Shown here: positions 9,401 through 18,321 of the stretch, one piece after another
Position numbering within the stretch: the first letter of the stretch is position 1
How the letters are laid out: each line of letters starts with the position of its first letter
Source: Caldisericota bacterium
Lineage (GTDB): Bacteria; Caldisericota; JANLFM01
Assembly: GCA_024655865.1 (NCBI GenBank)
Contig: JANLFM010000006.1
Location: forward strand, 16,183-80,182
Length of the DNA: 64,000 bases
Reading direction: 5' to 3'
The notes under the pieces: generated by a model
The model's database searches: none
What the model saw: the letters and a program-made list of their open reading frames with translations, nothing else
Told to the model about the DNA's origin: nothing
Made by a program: the position numbers and the translations under genes

Positions 9401-9997
9401 GCCTGGAGAGTAGTAAATCAGGTTCAGGGAGGAATCTAACTTCAGGAAGATGATTTCCGCTTTGGCCATCTGGTAGTCTAAAAGCTCGGCCACCTGGCGT
9501 AGCTGGACCTCAGCCTTCCTTCTTTCCAGTTCCGTGATCAAGGCCTGGGCTAAAAGGGCATAATAGTAGGTATCAGGACCATAAGGAACTCGGGGAGGCG
9601 TACGCTGTTCGCCCAAAAGGAGAATCCCGTAGGTCTTATCCCGGGAGATCAGAGGAAAAATAGCTACCGCCCCTAACTCCACTCCAAAATCGGCGACCAG
9701 CCTCTGAAACTCCTCCGGGTCGGATTCCCCTTTGATCAAAATGCGCGGTTTCCCCTCTCCTAATATGGACCAGAAAAGAGCCGGTTCGCCAGCGTAGACG
9801 TGGTTCAGCGCGGGGTTCCAGGTAGTTTCTCTTATAGGTTCAGCTGCTCTGACCTTGAGGCTATCGTCCTCCCTCAGGAGGATGCGGCAGAAGGTAGTGG
9901 GCAGTTTTTTGACGATGAACGAAGCGAGTCGCGATAGAGCCTTGTTTTCCTCGAGATCCTCCCCCAAAATTTCCAGAAATTCTGTAAATTCCTTCAT
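6461..9997 (-). CDS. Cytoplasmic multi-GAF/PAS sensor histidine kinase
   Basis: Repeated GAF signatures (GFPL..GMLCL, AVPL..GVISV, A..ENA.LF), PAS segments, H-box ISHEFKTPL, N-box NAIKFS, G-boxes DQGMG and GTGLGL; no transmembrane helix. Confidence 0.9.
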   Translation of the reverse strand: MKEFTEFLEILGEDLEENKALSRLASFIVKKLPTTFCRILLREDDSLKVRAAEPIRETTWNPALNHVYAGEPALFWSILGEGKPRILIKGESDPEEFQRLVADFGVELGAVAIFPLISRDKTYGILLLGEQRTPPRVPYGPDTYYYALLAQALITELERRKAEVQLRQVAELLDYQMAKAEIIFLKLDSSLNLIYYSPGASSQGIEWENYLNSKDWLKLLPREYREEVKRKLENFLSSQKQDFETEFPLEHDKTMKWVRAFFWRQPSRAEGQIAVILLDITQLARQRQALESSYQFLSAIIDQSPEGILVFDRLGTAIRLNQAAMQLFALERDTVLLGKYNIFRDEVLSAQGLTKEIMKVFEEGTQLQTEVEYDFSSLRHVLLPGRPKKWLRITIFPVKGQRPKPEFVIGLYADITEEKIIAQERERRSAQIALLFDVSRDMSRMLDLQGADSVLQNLLEKVVSYFRAEGGALVFYGEKGEKFSFKTILPSAWEKMPASKKEYWLFQPIHEAQASVLLEGEESHFSKLEKEGIKIGSYLGFPLIQAGDLVGMLCLFSAHEGMFKEEDKVFLGTVAQYLSMGLARLRLEEILRQRLRDLEFIHRSSLDLVSGLDINAALEQAVSTLRQLLDAQGVIIYEVRDGEMTPLYWRYRPDYLNFPEEEFPQRLPKKVGQGLAGLVAQTGEPLILNDADRDPRSHHIQGTPIIDESFMAVPLKVKDRATGVISVVKMGLNQFGEKDLEMLSTFASSVAVALENNRLYLEVEKRRKLMEILNTALRNISQKIEIDELLKELLRMAVQVVPGAQTGSILVKENDHFLYKEAVGYDFQKLRGIKLPQNVVSRKLTANRAVLTKGEELMRQDLPETIKKQLEEIGGLQKIKVLLSAPIYAHGQLFGYFSLENHEREDAFGTDAQEALWLFAQQASIAVENALLFKEKEEIVRQLERDVETIRELAQVKEDFLYTISHEFKTPLMISMSALEFMSSGKQTGEKMWEYAKVLERNLRRLAILVDNLLIASKKESLTTLELRKEDLSRIVREEVDFIELYAREKNINVELDLPEEPVFVKMDQFLMRLAVTNILSNAIKFSLGAGTIKVQLTKENDKAILKVQDQGMGIPSEDLPHIFEKFFRSTHGSKAIISGTGLGLHITKLILDAHQGEVRIESQVGKGTTVSLTLPLK

Positions 9998-10016
9998 TAA
10001 ACCTCCAATCCACCCC

Positions 10017-10047
10017 GTTGACGATTTGTTGACAATAAGTTGACGAT
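10017..10047. promoter_or_regulatory. Three direct repeats GTTGAC(G/A)AT at 11-bp periodicity upstream of the kinase gene
   Basis: GTTGACGAT 10017-10025, GTTGACAAT 10028-10036, GTTGACGAT 10039-10047. Confidence 0.6.
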
Positions 10048-10048
10048 T

Positions 10049-10501
10049 CTACTTGCTTTTCTTGAGCCCCGTCACAAGCCATGGGCCTTTCTCCCAAAGC
10101 CTGCTTAGCTCAATTACCCATACCCCCTTGTTCTGGACTATGAGCTTAACGGAAGTCGTCTGGGAACCCGGGCTCGTTTCCTCTCCCTCGTAATAAGCGA
10201 GGAGCTGGTGGTCTTCCCCTAAAACCGTTATCCCCTTTCCGGAGGCTAAAAGGTCGATTTTTTCATCGGGCTTGAGCCCTATAAGGTCGGATGTGAAATA
10301 TAAAGCAGAATTCAGGGAATCATAGGCCCAATTTTTACCGAGGACTGGAAAGCCCTGGGGCTCAGTGCTTATAAGCTTTTCAATATCACCCCGCTCTAAA
10401 TTCTCCCAGCGACCCTGATTATAAATTTGATAACCTGAGGCCGAAGAGCAACTAGACAGCAGAATCAAAAGCGCAAGAAGGATGATGGTTATTCTTTTCA
10501 T
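10049..10501 (-). CDS. Hypothetical lipoprotein
   Basis: From the ATG at 10501: MKRITIILLALLILLSSC, a signal peptide with a lipobox Cys. Confidence 0.75.
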   Translation of the reverse strand: MKRITIILLALLILLSSCSSASGYQIYNQGRWENLERGDIEKLISTEPQGFPVLGKNWAYDSLNSALYFTSDLIGLKPDEKIDLLASGKGITVLGEDHQLLAYYEGEETSPGSQTTSVKLIVQNKGVWVIELSRLWEKGPWLVTGLKKSK

Positions 10502-10545
10502 ATGATCTTTTATACAAAAACCAACTCCATAGGTCAAGGACTGTC

Positions 10546-12297
10546 TCATTGCGGGATTTCCATGGATGTCGCCTGGGTAGTGTAGAGGAGGTAGTAAAGG
10601 CCTCTTTTTTCCATAAGGGACTCGTGGGTTCCTTCTTCGACTACCTGTCCCCCCTCCAGGACCAGAATTTTTGTTGCGCTTCTGATTGTTGAGAGGCGGT
10701 GAGCAATGACGATTGAGGTTCGCCCTTCCATGATTTTGGCTACGGCTTCTTGAATGAGTTTTTCGGTATCAGAATCGATATTTGAGGTAGCTTCATCCAG
10801 AAGCAGGATGGATGGATGACGATAAATGGCCCTGGCGAAAGATAGAAGCTGTCTCTGACCTGCAGAAAGGTTTGCTCCGTTGGGCGCAAGCATGGTCTGG
10901 TACCTTTCGGGCAATTCCTCCACGAACCGAGCATTAACATAAAGGGAGGCTTCCCTGGCTCTTTCCTCGTCTCTCTCCCAGAGGGTGATGTTGTTGAGGA
11001 TGGTATCGCGGAACAAAGTCACATCCTGAAGCACCAGGGACATTTTTTCCCGCAGGTTTTGGAGATCGTGTGAGCGAAGCTCGACCCCGTCAACCAGAAT
11101 TTCCCCCTGGTAATCCCACCAGAAACCCAAGAGCAAGTTCAAAATGGTGGTTTTCCCGGCCCCGGTGGGGCCGACAATTGCTAAGGACTCCCCCGGGGAA
11201 ACGTGGAAGGAAACATTTCTCAATACTGGAGTCCCATTGTAGGAAAAGCTCACGTTTCTGAACTCCACTTCCCCCTTGATGGGGATTCGGAGTCTTCCTT
11301 CCCTGTATTCCCTGTCGTCCTCCTCGAAAAAATCCATGATCTTCTCTAAAGAGGCAAAGGCAGTCTGGAAGATGGAGTATTTGTCCGAAAAATCAGCAAT
11401 GGGCTCAAAGAACATGTCCAGGTAGAGGAAGAACGCCACAAGCACCCCCATCGTGCTATATCCCTGGTAGAGCGCCCACCCTCCGTAAAGCAGGATTACC
11501 GCACGGCTGAATTGCTTGAGGAAGTTTATCGAGGGGTAAAACAGGGTTCTCAGGCGAAAAGCCCTGAGGTTCTCTTGAAGAAAGCGTTGATTGATCTCCC
11601 TGAACTCCTCCCGGTTCCTCTCCTCCCTGTTAAAGGCCTTTATAATCTGAAATCCAGAGAGGTTCTCCTGGAGGTAAATGTTCATCTCCGCTACTATTTT
11701 CCGCACCCTGCGGAAAATGATCCTCATTCTGATCCCCACGTACTGGAGCATAAAAGCAATGGGCATGGCGACAAGCATGGTGATCAAGGTCAGGCGCCAA
11801 TCCATAATGAACATCACGGCTAAGATGCCCAGGAGCATAGCGGCATCGGCAATCAGAGCTGAAATTCCAGCAGTAAGGAGCTCGTTCAAGTTTTGAATGT
11901 CATTGGTCAGACGGGTTATTATTTTCCCCACGGGGTTCTGATTGTAAAAGCGGATGGAGAGGGAAAGCAGGTGTTCCATGAGATCCGAACGCATCCTCCA
12001 CATCAACTTCTGTCCCAGGGAATTGGAAATCAGAGCTCTACCCCACCCTAACAGGAAAGAGAGGACGGCGAACCCCAAAATCAGGGACGCTACGAGCGGC
12101 ACTCCCTGAAAATTCCCTGGAACGATGTACTGGTCAATTCCCAGTTTGAAAAGGTAAGGAAGGGCAACGTTGGTCAGGGAGGCAAACAGGATTGTGAGGA
12201 TACAAACTGTGAGATGGAGCGGGTAGCGTTTCAAATACCTCCAGAAGAAGAGCAGCAACTGGGAATCTTTTCTTTTACGCTCTAATTCCTGCTCCAT
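10546..12297 (-). CDS. ABC exporter, fused TMD-NBD (heterodimer partner with catalytic Glu)
   Basis: Six-TM domain, GPTGAGKT, LSAGQRQ, LLDEATS and IAHRL. Likely start MEQELE at 12297. Confidence 0.93.
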   Translation of the reverse strand: MEQELERKRKDSQLLLFFWRYLKRYPLHLTVCILTILFASLTNVALPYLFKLGIDQYIVPGNFQGVPLVASLILGFAVLSFLLGWGRALISNSLGQKLMWRMRSDLMEHLLSLSIRFYNQNPVGKIITRLTNDIQNLNELLTAGISALIADAAMLLGILAVMFIMDWRLTLITMLVAMPIAFMLQYVGIRMRIIFRRVRKIVAEMNIYLQENLSGFQIIKAFNREERNREEFREINQRFLQENLRAFRLRTLFYPSINFLKQFSRAVILLYGGWALYQGYSTMGVLVAFFLYLDMFFEPIADFSDKYSIFQTAFASLEKIMDFFEEDDREYREGRLRIPIKGEVEFRNVSFSYNGTPVLRNVSFHVSPGESLAIVGPTGAGKTTILNLLLGFWWDYQGEILVDGVELRSHDLQNLREKMSLVLQDVTLFRDTILNNITLWERDEERAREASLYVNARFVEELPERYQTMLAPNGANLSAGQRQLLSFARAIYRHPSILLLDEATSNIDSDTEKLIQEAVAKIMEGRTSIVIAHRLSTIRSATKILVLEGGQVVEEGTHESLMEKRGLYYLLYTTQATSMEIPQ

Positions 12298-14014
12298 AAG
12301 CCTTTCCTTCAAGAACCTGAGTGCGGTAAAGGTGGGAAAAATAACCACCTTTTTCTAACAGTTCATGGGGGGAACCAAACTCTCTTACCTTTCCCTCAAA
12401 AAGCACAAGAACCAGATCCGCCCAGAGCAAGGTAGAAACTCTATGGGAAATCGTAATTACGCTCTTTCCGTGCTCTCGCGAGTGTTCCTTGAGGTTGGTG
12501 ACGAGCCTCTCTTCGGTTACCGTATCCACAGCGGAAAGGGCGTCGTCCAGAAGAAAGACTGGTCTTCCGGAAATCAGGGCTCGGGCAATGGCCACCCTCT
12601 GCCTCTGTCCCCCTGAAAGGGTCACTCCCCTTTCTCCCACCACCGTGTTCAATCCTTCAGGAAACTGCTCAATATCCTCATCCAGACAGGAGATCCGGGC
12701 CGCTTCCTCTACCTCCTTGAGCTCTGCCTGGGGGCGAGAATAGCGAATATTCTCGAGGAGCGTTGCTGAGAACAGGTAGTTGTCCTGAGGGACGAGGGCA
12801 AAAAACTGACGCAGAGTCGAAAGGGGGATGTACCTCACATCTATATCGTTGAGGAAAATTCTATTCTCTTCAGGCTCCACCAATCTCAGGATCAGGCGAA
12901 AAAGGGTGCTTTTCCCGGCCCCCACCGGACCTACAATCCCTAAAACCTGACCCCTTTCCAGGCGGAAGGAAACCCGATCCAAAACATTCCGGCCCTCAAG
13001 AGAAAAGGAGAGGCTCCTGACTTCCAGGCTCTGGAATTCCTTTCCGGGATCGCAAAGAGGCTCCTCGTGACTCTTTTCTTTTTCCGCGTAAATGATTTCC
13101 TCCACTCTCTTAAGCGAGGCTCGCGAGCGCTGAAAAGTAGTGGTGGTAAACCCCAAGGCCATCATGGGCCAGGAAAGGGTGTTAATGTAGTTCACGAAAG
13201 CTACAAGCAACCCCAGGGAGAGCTCTCCTGCCATGACCAGGTTGCTACCGTAGAAGAAGGCCAAAACTACCGAAATCATCACCAGGAAACCCATGGACGG
13301 CTCAAATACCCCTTCCAGTTTCACCAGGCGCATGTTCGTCCTGTAGTACTCCTGGTTGACCTGCTGGAAGATCTCCATCACTCTGGACTCCTTAGCAAAG
13401 GCTCTCAACACTCTGACCCCGGAGATGAACTCCTGCGCTTTTTCCGTGAGCTTACCGAAAACATCCTGCACTACCTTGAAGAGCCCGAAAACGTAGCGGC
13501 TGAAAAATAGGGCCACAATGGCAATCACGGTAATTGGTCCTACAGTGGTCAAGAAGAGCTTCCAGTTTAGGGAAACCATCAAAATTACTGTGGAAACCCC
13601 CAATACTATCACATCGGTAAATCCGATCAGGCCGAAGACCAGAAATTGCCTCACGGCCTGCATGTCGTTGGTGGCGCGAGCCATGATGTCCCCAATGTCC
13701 TCTTTCTGGAGAAAGTTAAGGGGAAGATTCAAAACCTCCCGAAAGAACTCCTCTCTTAGGTTGCGATCAAAGAATAAAGCTAACTTGCCCATCTGCCACC
13801 GGTAAGCGTAACGTAAAAGGGTGATCAAAATAGCCAGAGCCAAAAAATAGAGGCCGTAAAGGTAAGTGCCCGAAGCGTGTCTCCCCACTGCATCGATAAA
13901 GAACCCGAAGACAAGAGGGAGCAAAAGTTGAAGGCCATCCACAGCGATCAGAGCGAGGATGGCCCAGAGGTATTTCTTCCAATTTTTGAAAATATATTTC
14001 CAGACTCTCTCCAT
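12275..14014 (-). CDS. ABC exporter, fused TMD-NBD (partner with degenerate Walker B)
   Basis: GPVGAGKS, LSGGQRQR and LLDDALSAVD (Glu replaced by Asp), as in TM287/288-type heterodimers. Confidence 0.93.
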   Translation of the reverse strand: MERVWKYIFKNWKKYLWAILALIAVDGLQLLLPLVFGFFIDAVGRHASGTYLYGLYFLALAILITLLRYAYRWQMGKLALFFDRNLREEFFREVLNLPLNFLQKEDIGDIMARATNDMQAVRQFLVFGLIGFTDVIVLGVSTVILMVSLNWKLFLTTVGPITVIAIVALFFSRYVFGLFKVVQDVFGKLTEKAQEFISGVRVLRAFAKESRVMEIFQQVNQEYYRTNMRLVKLEGVFEPSMGFLVMISVVLAFFYGSNLVMAGELSLGLLVAFVNYINTLSWPMMALGFTTTTFQRSRASLKRVEEIIYAEKEKSHEEPLCDPGKEFQSLEVRSLSFSLEGRNVLDRVSFRLERGQVLGIVGPVGAGKSTLFRLILRLVEPEENRIFLNDIDVRYIPLSTLRQFFALVPQDNYLFSATLLENIRYSRPQAELKEVEEAARISCLDEDIEQFPEGLNTVVGERGVTLSGGQRQRVAIARALISGRPVFLLDDALSAVDTVTEERLVTNLKEHSREHGKSVITISHRVSTLLWADLVLVLFEGKVREFGSPHELLEKGGYFSHLYRTQVLEGKAYGAGIRA

Positions 14015-14085
14015 GGGCTTTATATAATTTAAGCCAAATTGAGGGTTATAGCAATGAGAATAGAGGAGGAGTCACAGGCGAGGTT

Positions 14086-15261
14086 TTAGATTAGGCCCTC
14101 GTTACGGTGCTTTTCCAGGACTGCCTCTGCCAGACGATCCAGGGCTTGGAAATCCTCCTCCTTAGGCAAGCCCCTTGCCAGGACGGGCTCCAGGATCTCA
14201 ACTTTTAAATTGGAAAGCATGCCCGAAATCTGTTCCACGGTCTTGCCACCCCAGCCAAAGGAGCCGATAAGCGAGACGAAGCGCAGTCTTGGACGGAGAG
14301 CGTTCGCCAGGAAAGCGGCAAAGGCAGCGTAAGGGTGAGCACCCCCGAGAACAGTAGGCGTTCCTAAAATCAGAGTGGCTGCATCTACCAGGGCCATGGC
14401 GATTTTTCCCAGATCTGTTTGGGGCAGCTCGAACCTTTCCACCTGAATTCCTCTTTTAATCAGGGCATCAGTGAGGTAATCAACCATAATCCTCGTGGAA
14501 TTGTGCATGGAAACGAAAGGAAGTACCATGATATTCTTGGGTGCGCCGCTCGTCCACTCACGGTATTTGTCCATGATCAATTGGGGATTATCCCAGAGGG
14601 GTCCATGGCTGGGAGCGATGATGGAAACATCCAGGGTTTTGACCTTCTCGAGATTCTTTTCAATCGTGGAGCGGAAGGGCATCATAATCTCGGCAAAATA
14701 GCGTTTGGCTGCTTCTAAGGAATAATCTCCTCGGGCATAGGTTTTCGAGGTAGCGAGATGTAAGCCAAAAAAGTCACAAGTGAAAAGGATTTTGTCCTCC
14801 CTCAAATAGGTAACCATGGTTTCAGGCCAGTGCACCCAGGGAGTGTACAGGAACTCAAGGGTCTTATTTCCCAGACTGAGGGCCTCACCGTCCCCAACTA
14901 CCTGCACTCTCTCCTCAGGGATCCTGAGATGAGCCATTAGGATTTCTTTCCCCTTAGAAGAGACAACCAGTTTACTTTCCGGGAAGAGTTCCAGGACTTC
15001 CGGGATCAGGCCTGAGTGATCCTGCTCTCCATGGTGGGCGATGAGATAATCAATCCTCTTTATCCTCTTTAACTCTCTCAGGAAAACTTCCCTCATTGTG
15101 GGATCAGAGGTATCCAGAAGAGCGGTCTTTTCTGAACCTTCTATTAAGTAAGCATTGTAACTCGTTCCATCGGGCAAAGGGATTAAAGAATCAAAAAGCC
15201 GCCTGTCCCAATCAACTGATGGAAGTAGAAAAACACCCTCGCTAATTTTCCTTTTCAGCAT
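14086..15261 (-). CDS. fprA: Flavodiiron protein (FprA, O2/NO reductase)
   Basis: GTSYNAYLI, HxExDH (HGEQDH), PWVHWPE and TCDFFG, followed by a flavodoxin domain (SMHNST, GSFGW). Confidence 0.93.
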   Translation of the reverse strand: MLKRKISEGVFLLPSVDWDRRLFDSLIPLPDGTSYNAYLIEGSEKTALLDTSDPTMREVFLRELKRIKRIDYLIAHHGEQDHSGLIPEVLELFPESKLVVSSKGKEILMAHLRIPEERVQVVGDGEALSLGNKTLEFLYTPWVHWPETMVTYLREDKILFTCDFFGLHLATSKTYARGDYSLEAAKRYFAEIMMPFRSTIEKNLEKVKTLDVSIIAPSHGPLWDNPQLIMDKYREWTSGAPKNIMVLPFVSMHNSTRIMVDYLTDALIKRGIQVERFELPQTDLGKIAMALVDAATLILGTPTVLGGAHPYAAFAAFLANALRPRLRFVSLIGSFGWGGKTVEQISGMLSNLKVEILEPVLARGLPKEEDFQALDRLAEAVLEKHRNEGLI

Positions 15262-15334
15262 TTTTTATCCTCCCTTAATTTAAGACCTGTCATCAAATTA
15301 GACAGAGAACGGCTTGAGGATATTCCTCAAATGC

Positions 15335-16366
15335 TCAGGAGAGCTCGTAATATGTTGCCCTTCCCAATCCCCGGCGCACGATCAGGCCATTTTCTAAAAG
15401 AGGATCCAGGATCCGGTTGGCCATCTCCCTGGAAACCTGAAACATCCTCTGAACATCGGAGATGCGCAGGCGACCTTCCCGCTTCAAGACCCTGATAACT
15501 TCCCTTTGTCTCTCGTCCAGGTATATCTGGCCTTTTTTCTCCTTAAGCCTGGATTCCAGGGAAAGCTCATTTATCGCTTCTTTCACTTTCTTCAGGGAGA
15601 CCGCTACCCCCTCAGCGAAGTATTCCAACCATCCCGTGAGCTCTCCCGTGCGATCAGCTAAGGCAAGAGCGGAGTAATACCCCTTGAGGTCGGTGTTGTA
15701 GTACTCGTCGAGGACGAAGAAACGCTTGGTATCGAAACCACGCAAATACAGGATCAGGGTTGCCAGAAGCCTTGCTGTCCGTCCGTTTCCATCGGTGAAG
15801 GGGTGAATACGCACAAGTTCGTAGTGAGAAACCCCCGAGACGATCACCGGGTGGAAGTCCCGGGAAGGCCCGTTAATCCATTGAAGAAGATTTTCCAAAA
15901 GCGAGGGGACTTGTTCTGCAGGTGGTGCTTGAAAGACAATCCTCCCTAAGTGATCCAATACCGCAACCCGCCCGCTGCGGATAGTCCCTAACTCCTCCTG
16001 GGGGAGCAATCCCTTCATCAGGGTAGAGTGGAGCGCCATAATCGTTTCTCTTTCAATAAGCGGCAACCCCTTGTTTCCTAACTCGTCCACGAGCCTTAAG
16101 GCGCTCAGGTAATTCAGGATCTCCTGCTTGTCCTTTTCCCTGGCCGCCACATCCTCGCCCCGAAAAAGAGAAGATACCTGTTCGCTGTTCAAGGGATTCC
16201 CCTCAATGGCCGTGGAGTGGTGAGCCATCTGGAGCATAGCCTGTCTCCTGAGTTTGAAATCCCACTGGGGAAGGATGTAAGCGGAATTGATCAATTCCCG
16301 GACGCTGGAGATTTCCGCAACCAGGTTCAGTAGTCTAGGTGTAATTTCAAAATGAGGCCGATACAC
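15335..16366 (-). CDS. Fic-domain protein (class II) with C-terminal winged helix
   Basis: Canonical HPFTDGNGRTARL, inhibitory motif STAIEGN and a C-terminal HTH ending GLGRATYY. Confidence 0.93.
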   Translation of the reverse strand: MYRPHFEITPRLLNLVAEISSVRELINSAYILPQWDFKLRRQAMLQMAHHSTAIEGNPLNSEQVSSLFRGEDVAAREKDKQEILNYLSALRLVDELGNKGLPLIERETIMALHSTLMKGLLPQEELGTIRSGRVAVLDHLGRIVFQAPPAEQVPSLLENLLQWINGPSRDFHPVIVSGVSHYELVRIHPFTDGNGRTARLLATLILYLRGFDTKRFFVLDEYYNTDLKGYYSALALADRTGELTGWLEYFAEGVAVSLKKVKEAINELSLESRLKEKKGQIYLDERQREVIRVLKREGRLRISDVQRMFQVSREMANRILDPLLENGLIVRRGLGRATYYELS

Positions 16367-16401
16367 GACAATAGTTTATAACAAAATGCTAACTTTTGGC
16401 C

Positions 16402-17508
16402 TCAAGAAAGGGGTCTTAAAGTTATGTCTCCAGAAATGGTCTTAATCTCCAGGACAGCGTCCCGCTCGTTCAGCACCCCGGTGAATTTGTGCCCGATTCT
16501 TATCCAATCCTTTTCCAGCCAGACCGGCCCTGCCTTTTTACCCTCATTGAGGGTCTCCTCGAAAACCCGCTCGGAGGTCAAGGGCAGGTTACTGAAAAAG
16601 CTCCCGGAAAGGGTAGCAACTTTAACTTCCAGGCGTGCGCTAGGCGGAATCCTGAGATTGATGTCCCCTGAGGTCGTAGCCAGCTCGTATTTCCCCCCCG
16701 ATTTGGGAATTATAGCCAGAGAGAGGTCCCCCGAAACAGTGCTTACTTTAACGAAGGGAGCGTTTAAAACCCGGGCTTGAAGGTCTCCAGAAGTGGTCGA
16801 AGCCTGAAGCTGCCCTTCGATTTCCTCTATCCGCAAATCGCCAGAGATCAAGGAGAAGCTCCCATTTCCTTTAGTCTTTCCTAATTCCACATCCCCCGAG
16901 ACGGTCTCGCACTTCAAGTCTCCATTCGCACCTTCTAAATTGATGTCCCCGGAGGTGGTATTTATGTTCAAGGGTCCCTCAAAGCCTTCCACCCTGATGT
17001 CTCCGGAACTGGTACGCAGTCGGCCCTGGCCCTTAATTTCCCTGAGCTTGCAATCCCCGGAAGTGCTGCGAAAGTACAGTTCCCCCTCCCACTCCTGGAC
17101 CGTGAGGTCACCGGAGATGGTGTAAAAATCCAGAATTAGCCCTTTAGGCAGGGTAATCTCCAGATCGACCTCGTCCCTAATTTTTTGATCGAACTCCACG
17201 CTCAAGCTGATGCCAACTTCTTTCAAACTGGAGGAGACAGCACCCCAGATGGTCTCCCAGAGCTCGCGCCCCGGACTCCTATCGGGTTCCTTCTTGGATT
17301 CTTCCGTTATTTTTTTCGTTCCGCTCCTGATGATCAGCTCCTCTTGGGAAGCTTCGATCACCGGGACCACCGACTCCGGTCTGCGCTTGATAATCACCAC
17401 CCTGGCCTGCTCCTCATCCGTGCCCTTGATGAAGACATCAGCTGAGGATAGGCGGATGGTAACCCTCCCTCCTTTTTTCAGGCTATAAGCGCTCTCTATT
17501 TTGTCCAT
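16402..17508 (-). CDS. DUF4097 / putative adhesin beta-repeat protein
   Basis: Many T(T/V/I)SGD repeats spaced about 19 aa apart. Confidence 0.85.
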   Translation of the reverse strand: MDKIESAYSLKKGGRVTIRLSSADVFIKGTDEEQARVVIIKRRPESVVPVIEASQEELIIRSGTKKITEESKKEPDRSPGRELWETIWGAVSSSLKEVGISLSVEFDQKIRDEVDLEITLPKGLILDFYTISGDLTVQEWEGELYFRSTSGDCKLREIKGQGRLRTSSGDIRVEGFEGPLNINTTSGDINLEGANGDLKCETVSGDVELGKTKGNGSFSLISGDLRIEEIEGQLQASTTSGDLQARVLNAPFVKVSTVSGDLSLAIIPKSGGKYELATTSGDINLRIPPSARLEVKVATLSGSFFSNLPLTSERVFEETLNEGKKAGPVWLEKDWIRIGHKFTGVLNERDAVLEIKTISGDITLRPLS

Positions 17509-17899
17509 TTTTGGCTCCTTTTTTTACCGTCCACTCCAAAAGCTCCAAGGTTCTATCGCCTACGAGCTTAGCGTAAAGGCTCTCCAGAAGGATCATCAAC
17601 CACACCGGGTCGTCCTCCTCCTGAACCTGCCCGCTTTTTAACTTGGTCAGCGCCAATTCCTTGCACCCTAATTTCTGGATCACCCTGATCTCTGCGGTAG
17701 AGAGTTCGTACTCCTTGACCAGCCTGTTAATCAGGGAGAGAATACGAATCTCTTCTTCCGAGAACCTTCTCTGATTTCCAGGCGTGCGTTTGGGGAAAAT
17801 GAGACCCAGATCCTCCCAGTATCTCAGCATCCTGGGAGAGACTCCCACTTTAGAGGCTGCTTCCTCGATGGTGTAATATTTCTCGTTCATTTTCCCCAT
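17483..17899 (-). CDS. MerR-family transcriptional regulator
   Basis: YTIEEAASKVGVSPRMLRYWEDLGLIFPKRTPGNQRRF. Confidence 0.92.
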   Translation of the reverse strand: MGKMNEKYYTIEEAASKVGVSPRMLRYWEDLGLIFPKRTPGNQRRFSEEEIRILSLINRLVKEYELSTAEIRVIQKLGCKELALTKLKSGQVQEEDDPVWLMILLESLYAKLVGDRTLELLEWTVKKGAKNGQNRERL

Positions 17900-17931
17900 T
17901 CTGTCTCATCGCTCAGGGTTAGCACAAGTTA

Positions 17932-17959
17932 ATGATAATTAAGGGGGAAATTATGTCAA
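17932..17959 (-). promoter_or_regulatory. sigma70-type promoter for merR (TTGACA-16-TATCAT)
   Basis: Minus strand reads TTGACA TAATTTCCCCCTTAAT TATCAT; a second TTGACA lies 11 bp further upstream. Confidence 0.5.
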
Positions 17960-18070
17960 AAGTCTGTCAAGTTTTTTGAGGAAATTTTTTCTAATTTGAA
18001 TAAAAATAAAGAAAATATGCGCCACTTGAAGAGCGAAAGGCGTCTCCTATTTAAACGGGCCCTGATAAGT

Positions 18071-18265
18071 TTAAGCGGCTTTCCTTTCCCCTGCCCTTTG
18101 TTCTTCCTTAATGTTCCGTAGGAACTTCCCGCAGTTCTGACAGGCCCACACTCCCAAAACGTTCTCGTAACCACAGTAGGGACAGGGAGCGCTGAGCTTG
18201 GCGCCACATTTCACGCAATTTAGGGCTCCAAATACATTTTCTTCCCCGCAGTTAGGACATTTCAT
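18071..18265 (-). CDS. Double zinc-ribbon protein
   Basis: Four CxxCG knuckles; strong SD (AAGGAGGT). Confidence 0.85.
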   Translation of the reverse strand: MKCPNCGEENVFGALNCVKCGAKLSAPCPYCGYENVLGVWACQNCGKFLRNIKEEQRAGERKAA

Positions 18266-18321
18266 CCCTTTACCTCCTTAAATTAATTTTACCAGAGGAG
18301 GAACCCGGAAAGGAACTTCAA

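Noticed and set aside
16402..17200. DNA-level tandem repeat in the DUF4097 gene
   Set aside because: The repeats are protein-level TxSGD motifs with diverged codons, which is normal for the family.
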